Assembly (NCBI GenBank): GCA_013265495.1
Contig: MU058781.1
Span: 9,157,009 to 9,221,008, forward strand
DNA from: Vicugna vicugna
Lineage: Eukaryota
DNA length: 64,000 bases
Reading direction: 5' to 3'
The notes below the pieces were generated by a model. It ran no database searches. It was not told the origin of the DNA and was given only the letters and a program-made list of their open reading frames with translations. Positions 13,511 through 24,900 of the stretch are shown here, in pieces. The translations under genes were made by a program, and so were the position numbers. The first letter of the stretch is position 1. Every line of letters begins with the position of its first letter.

Positions 13511-15819
13511 CACGGCTCTCCTTTACCACCAGTGGTCCTCAAGGACTGCACAGCTGACGTGGGGCTGTGGGAAGCTTCTCTTTTGTGGCCCTTGTTGTCA
13601 CTGTCCATCACTGGATTCACTGTCCAAGCTGCTGGGCAGGACCCCCTGAGGGTCCTGTTGTTGTTTGAGGGGGCATAAAAGGGAAGAAGAAATCCACTCC
13701 CATTTCCTGAGAGGGGGAAAAAAGCGAAGAGGAAATTCATTTGTGTCTGAGGGAAAAAGGAGGAAGAAACTTAAAGGGACTTCAGTTCTAAAGAGTGGGA
13801 TTGTAGGAAAAGCAGAGTTCCCACCCTGCTTCCAATGTCCCTGTTACGTCTAGCTCACTGCTTTTCTTAAAGAAACCATGGGAAGTGATTTTAACACTCT
13901 AATTTACCTACCTTAACATTTAAATAAATTTTTAGAGTCAGGGTTGGAAACCTAACCACCTAAAGAATTCTGTTTTTAGGGGAAAAAAAGTGCATTGTAG
14001 ATTAAACAAACAAACCAAAAACCTTGCAAAGATATTTTGTAACTTAATCCACCTCTTTATCTCTACCCAGATCTTTCACATACAACTCCTCAGCTTGACG
14101 TCAGTGTTTATGAAGGGTTCTCTGTGGAAAGGGAGCTTTTGAATGGCCGAAGAAAGGTGATAAGACATCAGGATGTGTGGCAGAGGAGAGCGGCTATTCT
14201 GTTTTGGAAAGCCATGCAGATGCTTTGGAATGATCTTTAAGGCGCAGTCACCAGACCTCCAGGTGAGTGTCAGATACGCAGGGCTGCCCTGACACCGGAC
14301 CGTACGAATCACTGAGAGTGGTGGCCAATTTCAGAGTTGAGAGCGTCCTAAAGAGAATCTCAGTAAGCCTGTTCTTGGCTAAGCGGCCGAAGTTTTACAC
14401 GTGCCAAATCGGCATGGGTGCCCTCCACTTCGACTCTGGGCAATAAAACTATTAAGTTGCACTATTAGGACTTAAGTTAAATTAGTTCAAGTGAGTGTGC
14501 TTAAGTTTCAGATAGTGAGTCAGTTAAGTTCCTGGAATTTCCCTCCTCTTATATTTCTTTCTTCTGAATTTAAATCCTAGTTTACCTACAGGTTTCAGTA
14601 TTCTGGGAGTATTCAGTATTCTGACTAAAACAGATAAAAAGAGAAGTCCTCTATATTTATAACCAGGACAGAGCACGTTCAGTGGTAGGAGAAACATCCC
14701 CATGGTTCAGCTCTAAAACCCTGAAGAGAGCTAAAAGAGAACTTGGGTTGGTGGGCAGCTGTCTGTTGATGGCATGATACATGTAAAAGATCTTCTGCTT
14801 TTCATTTGTAATGTTATCTGGTTGGTTGGTAGCCTGGGTTGTTGTTTTTCAGAAAAATACGGCAGAGATAAACATATGCTTCCATGTTGCTCTTCTTTTG
14901 GGTTCCACAATCCAGAATATAGATCTGCCTGCTTTCCCATTTGTCTCTCTTGGGAAACTCAAAATTGACTTCTTAAGTTGGATTAGCTTGGGTTGATGCA
15001 AAAAAAGGTCAGATACTATTTTAAAATAGTGGTGGAAAAAGGATTAATAAAGAAACCAAACAAACAAACATGGCAGGAGGAAAGAAAAAAAAATAAGGAA
15101 GAAGTGAAAATGGCGATTGATGTTGACGATGCTGTTTTAACTGAGGACTTTAAAAGCTGCAAAACGTTGAGAAATCAAATCTGGAAAATAAACTCAGATT
15201 ACGAAATGTCAGATTGGAGGATAATCTTGATGGGGTAGAATTAGGAGAAACAAATGACTCCCCGCCGCCCCCCAAAACACACACACGAGAACACTGCAAA
15301 ACTGCTTTGGAAGAATGATTTTTAATTCCTTCCACAAGCTGTATCTTAAGTTCCCTAATGCTTGATGCAGCAACAGCAATCTGTACTTTATATGTGAAAT
15401 GAGAAATTCTTGCAGGGAAAAGGCAAATATCTTAACTTCCTTTGGCCACTGGTGACTTTTTGTTTCTGCAGAGAAGCTGACAGAGCTACTGGCTTTGATT
15501 GTTTTTGATTATACAGGACTTCAACCAAAGCTATTAAGAGTACTAAACAGTATGAGTCAAATGCTTATCTGGCTAACTCCAATGATCATATTTAAAACAC
15601 ATACTCCCTTGAACTCTTATTTTGATAAGTATCTTTTCAAGATTGTGCTGAACCAAAAGAATTTTTGAATAGTAAAAAGAAAAGTGTTTTAGGCAGGATG
15701 TGAGAGGCAGAACATTTTCTTTGTTCCTGATCCTCCTTGGAGGTTCCCAGAATTTGTCCTGAAGTCACAGTGGGTGAATGGCCTTTTTATGCACTAGTCT
15801 GTTACACAAATAATAGATA

Positions 15820-16545
15820 ACAGTCATTGAGCAGCTAGTCGATGCCAGACACGCTTCTCAGTGCCTTCTATGTGTAAATTCAAATAGTCTTCACTACAGT
15901 CAAAAGTGGTAGGTATTATTATTATCCCCGTGTTTAAGATGAGAAAAGCAGGCTGCAGAAAGGTAGGTCATTGTGCCAGGTCACACAGCTATTGGTACCA
16001 AGTCCAGGCTCATACTGCTCATTGCACAACAGGCCCATTAATTGAGAGATGAGTGGTGAGGGCAAGGAATAGCAGCTTTATTCGGAAAGCCAGTAGCCCT
16101 CAAAGATGGTGGGCTAGTGTCCCAAAGAACCAAGTTAGAGTCCAGGCTTCTTTTACACTAAAGGGGGAAAGGGTGTGGTTGGTTGCTGCAGACTTCTTGC
16201 TGCCAGAGTCCTTTGTTATTGCAGCTGTCCGCATAGGTCCCATCACAATGTTCCTATAAAGCTCCAAGACAAATGTTACTCTCTGTTCTGCAACTTTTTC
16301 TCTCTATCTGAATGGAAAAGTGTTACAGCTTTAAAGGTCAGAGCCGGGGAAATGGGCTGTCCTATATATTTCAGTCTATAGGCAGCACACTTAACTTGTA
16401 GCAAAGGCGATAGAATACAAAGGTTAAAGTAAAAGAAACAGATCCATCATGGGGTCAGATTTGTTCTTCCCTATTATAGTTACAAAAGAGGCTTATCCAA
16501 GTTACTCTGGCTCCAGGACCCACACTTTCAACCACAATACTGTGG
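15820..16545 (-). mobile_element. MIR SINE split by an LTR (pieces about 15820-15992 and 16479-16545)
   Basis: GGTAGGTATTATTATCCCCGTG...GATGAGAAAA...GGTCACACAGCTA before the LTR; CTGGCTCCAGGACCCACACTTTCAACCAC after it. Confidence 0.7.
15993..16478 (-). mobile_element. ERV1-class solo LTR (possibly a cetartiodactyl MER41-like family)
   Basis: About 486 bp; minus strand starts TATAATAGGGAAGAACAAATCTGAC (decayed TG start), has AATAAA near its 3' end and ends GTACCA; degenerate flanks GCTAT/GTTAC. Family name recalled, not verified. Confidence 0.75.
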
Positions 16546-19500
16546 TTCTGAGTTATATAAAGACACTGGGATTTTTAAAATAATCTATTTATGGCCATTG
16601 GTGTAAAAATATATTCATTTATCCCAGGAATAGTTTTGTTAGCAAGAGGAAGTCCCTTTTTTTGTTGCCCAGTCGTTTCATAAAATCGGGTTAAATACAA
16701 AACAAGTCAGAGTCTTTGCCCTGCCGAAAAGAGTACGGTAAGGCGTGAAGAAAGCAGGAGAAGCAGGTGTTCAGAGGGGCTTGGTTTTACCTTCCTGACC
16801 TGAAAGGGATCAAGTTTGGTATTTTCCTTCTTGAAAAATATGGAGCTAACATTTAAAGAAGTGATTTTTATTTTTTTAATCAATTGTATTTCCGCTGGCA
16901 CAATGGCTGGTTTAAATTACACAGCAGCGATGAGTGATAAAAGAAATGCTTTAATTAAGAGCAGAGAAGAAAGAATATGTTTTGAATCATGAAGTCAGAA
17001 GGTGTGAGAAACCCCTGAGATTCCAGGAGCAGAGCTGCTCTCTGAAGAAAAGAATGAGTTGTTTGCTCCACCCCTCCCAGCAGTAGGAAGCAGTGTCTCT
17101 TAACACAACAGATAACTCGACACCAGGGGGTTAGAAAAAGCATTTTTTTTTCCACCCAAAGAATCACTTTAAACAGCCTGTCAAGATGGCTGAAGTGGCT
17201 GTAAACTGGCCAGTGTTCCCTGAAGAGTGGAGAGCACACGTCGAACAAAACGGGGAAGCGGCTGGAAGCGAAGTGGAAGAGGTTAGCCCCGGGTGTGAAG
17301 GGCAGGGCTGTGCAGAATCAGGAACTCAGAAAAGGGACACAAGGAGAAGCCCAGGGATGGCCGCTTCCATCCAGTCCGTCCGCTACTACGCCCATCACTC
17401 TTCTCTTCCTGCTTTGCAGTGTACGAAGTTTGCCATGAAAGTGGAAGAAAGGGTCTTTGTGAGTTTGAGAGCTCAAACTGGTGAGGGGAAAGACATCTAA
17501 AGTACCAGTGGTAAGAGTTGAGAAAAAATACTAAAAGCCATGGGATTCCATCAGAACTCAACAGCAGTAACCACTTGTCTTGGATGCCATTGCTCAGAGT
17601 CAAAGGGAGGCGTAGCTTAGGTCTCTACTTTCTACACTGATTTTAACAGAGGAAAAGCATGGTTGCTTTCTTTTTACTATGTTTTCTGGCTAGAGAAAAA
17701 AATTCCTCAGAATTTTGTGTGCGGAGAAATAGCTTAAATAACTTGAAGAGTTATCTCTTTTGCAAAGAGACTGCATCCTTCCAATTTTAGTAATTAATTT
17801 ATTTGTGATATCACAGGTTAAGCCCGTATTTGATGAGAATCCTGTTGGATGAAAACATGGCCATACGGTGATTATTACAATGGACTAAGGTTCCAGATTC
17901 TGCGCTTGGAGGCACGGGTAAAGCAGGTATGAGGTCTCTTGGTAGATATTTTTATTTGTGAAATGGGACAGTGCTTCTAGGTGCTTTCAGTGGTGGGGAT
18001 TAATGTTGTGGTGGTGCTGAGGAATCGTTCAGCACTGCATAGTGCTGGGCTCGATGACCAGTGAGTAGAGATTTGAGAACTTAGGTGTTGCAATAAGAAA
18101 GGAATTATTATCCCTTGTCATCTTTTAAATTATGGAATTACATATAGCAGCTCTTCCTGCAGACTGCACGTGACGCCTCTCAAAGGCACTTTACTTCATG
18201 GTTTCTGGTGTGGGAAAATTATGATCACCTTTATGCAAATCCAAAAAAAGAGTGGAGATTGGGTTAGACTTCATGGGAGATATGCGTTTGGATGACCCTT
18301 ATTTGCACTATAGTCAATGTAATGCCAATTTACAACTGAGATGAAGAATTACAATTCTACTGAAGGTTTGTATTCTTACCAGTTGTATTCTGTATTCATT
18401 TTCCAAAATTATGCCCTTGGTGATTTTGTCATAAAGTTAATGCCCATTCATTAAAATATAGAAAAAGAGAAATCAATATGGCTCTCTTAAAGAGTCACGT
18501 ACCTTGACTAATTCCACAAGGAGTGAGAGTGGACACTGAGTTAGAAACCAGGGACTCTGATTTCCAAACCAATGCTGTCTTAGCTACATCACAGTTTAGA
18601 GTTTAGTTAATGTAATATTTTCCTTTTTTTTTTAACTTAACATTGTACCATAGGCATATTTGACTTAGAACTTTCTTGGGGCAAGGTACAACGTTCTATC
18701 AAGTACCCCAATACTGGTTTTGAACATTTAATAAAAAGTCTTGTGGAATGTCAGTGTTTAGGGTGAAGATCAAGGGCGCTGGAAGGTCCGCACTGTGGGG
18801 TCTGGACCCCTCTGGAAACACAGGCTATCTATACCCAACAGCCTGCCCTGCTAATCCCACTTGGGGCTATATGTACAGTCGGTAGGAAGAGGCGGTGACC
18901 ATGCCTGACCTCATTTCCAGGAAGTCAGAGAATGGTTTCATAGACTTTAGTTATGAGGGAGACAGAATTTTTAAGGGAAATATTTAAATCGTAAGCTAAG
19001 AGAGAGAGATGGGAACTTGTTTCCTGGGGAATCTCTGAAGAAAGAAAGGAGAAAAGTCTCATCTATCCAGCATGGGTGTAAAGTGTGTCTTAGATGAATG
19101 TATAAGCGTGTAAATTAGTTGCTTCTAAGCTTTAGATCTGTAGGCAATGGGAAAAAGCACAAAAACAAAACTAAGCAAAGCAAAAAGGGTAATTCAACAT
19201 AATACTCTCAAAAGGCAAAGCTGAGTAATACTCTCACCCAGGTTATTCTAGGACGTGGATTTTACGATGGCAGGATGGGGAACCCTCCACTCCCCCCGGG
19301 TGTCCCCTCCACCTCCTCTGCTCTCTCCCAGGATGCTGTTGGCTGTTCCTTCATCCCCTGTTTTCTGTGCAACCCAATTTCCTTCCAGGAATTCACTCCA
19401 TTCCACCAAAGATACTTGGCATGGATACACCTCCCATGTAGATTTAATCTGTAGTTACTGAAGTATCAGACTCATTTAACAGTTTGTATATTATAGTTGG

Positions 19501-20679
19501 ATTGGGGCTTAGCCTCTCTACCATAGCCTTTGCTGCTAAGAGCTGCAGCTCGCTTCACGTGCCTTGAGTAGCCCCCACCTCGGCGCCCATCAGCGAGATC
19601 TGTTTTCTCTGCAGAAGCACATGCATTGCCCCACGCTGACAGTCACTTGGTTTAGCATTGGCTAATCACCAGTACCGTTCTGTGAAGTGAGATTCATAGA
19701 TGCTGATTGCATTTATTGCATAAATTACTTCATTATTAAAATCAGGTCATTTGAGCCTCCAAACCATTAACATGAAGCTTATTAACATAATTTCATAAGC
19801 TAATAAGTCAAGCACAGGAAAAGAATTACAGGGTTCTTAGTGATAAGTGTTTCTTCAGAGATTAAGGAACACAATTTTCTTATGCATATATTAACATTTT
19901 CTGAGTAGGTTCCTGTAAGCAGTTTCCTTCTCTGCATACATGACTCAACACTCTGTCTTCTTCATACTCGGCCTCTGAAGCTCATTTTCAAAATTAAGGG
20001 TCTTTTTTTTACCTTTTCAAATAACTATAAAGCAATTTTCAACTGAACCCATTAGCCTTCTGTGATATCCACTACCTGTAAAATTGTTATCTTTTCACAC
20101 TTCTTAGATGGCAAAAGCCTTGGGATGGGGAGAGCAGGTCAGGTAGAGTTGGAAGGGAAAATCCCTTGGATTGGTCTCAGGTAATGCAATTTTCATTCTA
20201 GGTGCATTTAAAATGTATTCCTAGTCTTAAGAGGTTCTGGTGAAGTTCTCATTATCTCTCTAATTACAACACATACTGAGGTTAAGTGTTCTTATCAAAT
20301 GGTGCATTAAAAATGGGTTTTATTCCCGGGCTGGATCTAATAGGCTGAGACACTGGCCTGAACACACAGAAATTGGTTCCCTCGTTCATTTCACTTGCCA
20401 GATTGTGAGCGATTTGGAGGGACAGAGCCATCATTATCCAGTGCAATGATGTTGCCTAGAAACGAAGATAAGTTCCAATTTAAATTAGACTATAACAACT
20501 TTATCCGTTGTGCAATTTGTGTAATGTCTTTAGCAAATAGCAACTGATGGGTCATAATTGAAATACACGGAATGTTGTTAGTGAGCATTGCATGTAATTT
20601 TACAGGTGGATTTGGGAGATGGGTGTGACCAACGGTTCTTTCCAAGCACACGTGTAGTGATCACACCACGCTTTTTCCT

Positions 20680-21100
20680 CTCTAATCTTCAGTGACTACA
20701 GATATTCCCTTGAGTAAAGCACAAGCTCCCCTGGACTTCCTCCTCCCTGCCTGCTTAAAAACTTTCAACAGCATGTCATTGCTCTTAGGATTAAAACAGT
20801 ATCTCTCAGCATAGCGCACAAGCCCCACGTGGTCTAGCCTGCCCTCACTGGTCCAGCCTTGTTTCACAGCTTGCTTTGCTATTCTGCTTGCTTTTTTCAT
20901 AAGTGCTTTTTTTCCCTTCCTATCACAGGGCCTGTGCACAGGCTTCCCTCTCTGATGATAATGCTTTTTCTCTGCTCTCTGAATCCATTTACTTCTATTC
21001 ATTCTTCAGATCTGACCTCAGGAGCCACTTCCTCCAGGAAGACTTCCCTGACCTCTATGATTAGATCACATCTTCCTGGCTGTGATAATACCATGAATGT
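20680..21100 (+). mobile_element. L2 LINE fragment
   Basis: CTCCCTGCCTGCTTAAAAACTTTCAA...CACTTCCTCCAGGAAGACTTCCCTGACC. Confidence 0.7.
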
Positions 21101-21149
21101 CTCATTTAAATGTTATGTTTGTCACAATTACCATTTTAAATTTTATGGT

Positions 21150-22160
21150 GTTTTTTTCCAATGATAAATGTGGTTACATGATGAAAAAAATCAAAGTGAA
21201 ATAGAAAGATATATTCTAAACTATCTAGCTTTCATTTCTGTTCTCATTTACCCCATTACCTCTCCTTTTAGAGGTAAACTTTTTTTTTAATTAGTTGCTT
21301 ATTTATCTTTTCTTTTTTGCAAGGACAAATGCAAATCTATATCTTGTTCCTCCCCTTTTAAACACAAAAGTTAGCGAACGTACTTTGTACCTGTTGTACA
21401 CCATGCTTTTCTTCCCTAACCATGTACTCTGAGCTTATTCTGTATCAAGACATGAAGAACCTCTCTCCATTTTACAGCTGCATAGAATTCCACTGTGTTA
21501 ACTCTTCGTTGATTCTGGAACCAGTTCCTTAATGCTGGCAGTTGAGTTGTTCTCAGTCTTTTACTTTTTTTTTACTGAGTACAGTCAGTTATAATGTGTC
21601 GATTTCAGGTGTACAGCACAATGTCCCAGCCATGCATATACATACATATATTTGTTTCATATTCTCAGTCTTTTACTATTACAGATAATGCTGCAGTCAA
21701 TACTCATGTGTTCCTGTCCCTGTTATGTTACGCATGTGCGAAATACCCACAGGTGGGGTGGCTGGGTCAAAGGACAAATGCGTCAGTGATTTTGATAGAC
21801 ATCGCCCTATTACCATTCCTGTGGGTTGTACCATTTCCCACCTTTATCAGTAACACATAAGTGCCCATTTCTTCACAGCTTCACCAGGGGTGTTGCCCAA
21901 CTTTTGATGGGGAGGTAAGAGATGGTACTCAGGGCAGTTTTAATGTGCATTGTTCTTATTTTGAGTAAGATCTTCTCATCATGTGCTTAAGGAGAATTTG
22001 TAGTTCTTGTGTGCGTGAACTGTCTGTCCACGCTTCTTGCCCCTTTTCTGTTGGGTGCTTATCTTTCCCTTCCTGTTATCTCGGTGCTTTGAATGGTGGA
22101 GATTAACCATTTGTCTGTGATATGTGCTGCAGTATTTTCCCCAGTTTGTCATTTGTCAGT
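21150..22160 (-). mobile_element. Ancient L1ME-type 3' fragment
   Basis: Antisense L1 motifs GGCTGGGTCAAAGGAC...TTTTGATAGA...GTTTTAATGTGCATT...ATTTTCCCCAGTTTGTCATTTG. Confidence 0.7.
21566..21661 (-). mobile_element. Short 5'-truncated young L1 3' end
   Basis: Reverse complement aligns with the L1 tail at about 24800-24900; perfect 16-bp flanking direct repeat TTCTCAGTCTTTTACT at 21550-21565 and 21662-21677. Confidence 0.85.
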
Positions 22161-22499
22161 AGTGTTTTTGGATAGTTAATACCTATTTCTTTTGCTAAGA
22201 CATTAATACCAGGGAGGGCAAGTCTCGCATCTCCTGTGCTACCACTGTGCCCCCCCAGATCTGTTCCCTCATCTGTAAAAAATAAAAGCCTTATTAGAGG
22301 GCCCTCTCACCTCTGAAAGGCTATGATTCTGCTTTCTCTTCTTACTTTTCGGTTTATTAAGGTTCCCCTGTCTTCCCCACCTTTGGGTCCCATGTACCAC
22401 TGGGAAATGTGGGGATTAATATAGTGTCACCTGAGAATGCCTAGAAAGGCTCCCTCCCCCAAGTATCCCACTTGGTTTTCATTTGAAACTTTGCCATTA

Positions 22500-23135
22500 G
22501 TGATACATTTTGTCTTCTCAGTTCCCACTAGCTTTATTCAGGTCTCTGGTACTTGCCACCTGGACGTAAGCCAGTCTCCAAATTTGTCTACCTGGATCCT
22601 GTCTTCCCCTTTCAGTCTCTGTGCTGTCCGCCTCCAGGTGTTGTTTCTTATAAAACAGCCCACCTGATCGGGGACCTTTCTCACCCACCTTTCTTGTAGT
22701 GCCCATTTCTTTTATTAAAGTGCCAGGTCCCTTCATGATAAGGTCTCAAGCTGCATTTTCAGCTGCGCGTCTCATGATGGCCTCCTGGTCCCTTTCGTTC
22801 CATCACATAGGCTCCTCAGTCTCATCCACCTCCACCTCTTCTCAGGCTGGTCCTTCCACCTGACATGCCCTTCTTTTATTCAGGTCGGTCTGATTCTGCC
22901 TACGAAATATTACCCATCTCTCACCATCCTCCTGTTGGGCTGGGATTGAGCTCTGCTTTCCCAGTGCACTCATAATAGTTTGAATAAAAGATCATACTGG
23001 GTGTTTTTCTTGGAAAGTGTGTGCATGGCTCTCTGTCTACCAGAGGATAACCTCTTTGAGGGCAGAAATGTATTCTTTTCCATCCTCACAGAGTCTGTAA
23101 GAAATAGTCCCTTAGGCATTTATTGACTAGAATTA
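22500..23135 (+). mobile_element. L2 LINE fragment
   Basis: Pyrimidine-rich body ending CTCTTTGAGGGCAGAAATGTATTC...GGCATTTATTGACTAGAAT. Confidence 0.55.
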
Positions 23136-23631
23136 AAGCAGCACTCACTCCCAGGAACTTTAATTTTAATTTAATTTGTACAATACTCCTGGGATGGTAG
23201 CAAGCCTTAAATAGATAAAAGTTAATTAGTTTAGCTTATTTGGTTTTTCTTCTTAAATTATGGTTCAGTGAAATATTAGTGTGCACTTTTGTGTATGGGT
23301 GCGTGTGTGCGTGCATGCGCAGAGACACACATGCACACACATACGTACACAGACTATTACATGCTCATGGGAAGGGAATAGTGTTGAAAGGGAGGGAAAG
23401 TATGTAGAATACTTAGAATAGAGGGGCACTGAGGAGAGTAGCCTTCACTTTATGGTTTTGCCAAAGAGCAGCTCTGCTCGTTCCTGAAACAGCCTGCCTC
23501 AGTGTCCTGCCAAATTCTATCTTTCCCATCTTTCTGATTTTGGATAAAATTTATCCATGGAAACTTTTCTAGTTAATCCATAACCACCACGGCCCTTGTA
23601 TCACTCTGATTGGTTAACACACTCTGCAGGA

Positions 23632-23670
23632 ATATATCTTGAGGTTATCTGATATATCTTGAGGTTATCT
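23632..23670. repeat. Tandem duplication with a 20-bp period
   Basis: ATATATCTTGAGGTTATCT at 23632-23650 and again at 23652-23670. Confidence 0.95.
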
Positions 23671-23789
23671 TATCTCCTCTTGATCCTTCCTGAGAAATAG
23701 CTCATGAATATCTGAGGGTGAAAGAATTCTCCAGGATATTTGATCTCGGTCAGATCCTAGTGCTCCTCCCCCACCGCACTCTCATTCAG

Positions 23790-24215
23790 CTGTGCCCTTG
23801 ACTGCCTGGAATGAAGACGTCATTCCCGTCTCCCTTGCAGCTAGTTGTGGCCACGTGACTAAGTTTGGGTCAATGGGAGACGAGTAAAAGTGCCACATAT
23901 AACTTCCAGAAATGGTTTTTGAAATAAGAAGGTGCCCCCTTTTGGACCCTTTCTCCATCCAGTGGAAAGGGATAGTCAAAATAATGGATGAAGTTGGAGG
24001 AACCATCTTAGACTATGAGGTGGCATCCCTTTGCTGAAACTGGCAGTATAGCAAGATAGACCCTGAGTCTGTGATGACTCTCTGCCGTTGCACTTCTCAA
24101 TACCTGCCCCCCAGACTTCTTCTACATGCAAGAGAAGTAAGATGTTTATCTTGTGCAGGTCTTCATTATTATTTACGGTTTCATTATTCAAGGCCAAACC
24201 TAATCCTAACTGAGT
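23790..24215 (+). mobile_element. MaLR solo LTR (MLT1J/I-like)
   Basis: TCTCCCTTGCAGCTAGTTGTGGCCACGTGACTAAGTT...CCATCTTAGACTATGAGG...CCTAATCCTAACTGA. Confidence 0.8.
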
Positions 24216-24629
24216 ATAGTCATAAAAAAGAGCAGGACCTGGAGAATTACAAAGAGCCCTCAAACAAGACCCAAACTGATGCTCTGTCTGGATAATAGTC
24301 GTTTTTTTTTAAATCTTCAAAAGGGAGGGGAAGAAGATCCAAATTGTATGCTATGGGGCATCTTCCCTTCTCCATGGTGAGAGCAGAGCATGGGCCCATC
24401 ACACAGCCAGAAGTCTGGAAGGGCAGGAAGTACCAGAGAACTGAGGTACGAGCAGGAGGACTCCCGCAAAGCATAAGGAGCTGGAAGGTAATGAATGCTG
24501 GCATTTCAGGCTTCCAGAAGCTGAGTGCAAAATATGTGTGATGTAGACTTTGCTGGCATGGGATCTTCATTCCTCCACCATGGAACAAACTTTTGCTTAT
24601 GGTAATTAATATATTAAATGACCTTGTAG

Positions 24630-24900
24630 AGACATAGAAAACAAACTTACGGTTACCAGGTGGGGAGGAGGATGGAAAGGGATAAATTAGGAGTTCAAGA
24701 TTTGCAGATACTATTATATAATAAAACAGATAAACAAGTTTCTACTGTACAGCACAGGGAACTGTATTCAATATCTTGTAGTGACCTATAATGAAAAAAT
24801 ATGAAAACGAATATATGTATGTATATGTATGACCGGCCTATTACACTGTGAACCAGAAATTGACACAACATTGTAAACTGACTTTACTTCAATTTTTAAA
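24630..24900 (+). mobile_element. 5'-truncated cetartiodactyl-type L1 3' UTR
   Basis: GACATAGAAAACAAACTTACGGTTACCAG...TGTACAGCACAGGGAACTGTATTCAATATCTTGTA...ACAACATTGTAAACTGACT; TSD AAA(T/C)GACCTTGTAG at 24616-24629 and 24901-24914. Confidence 0.9.
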
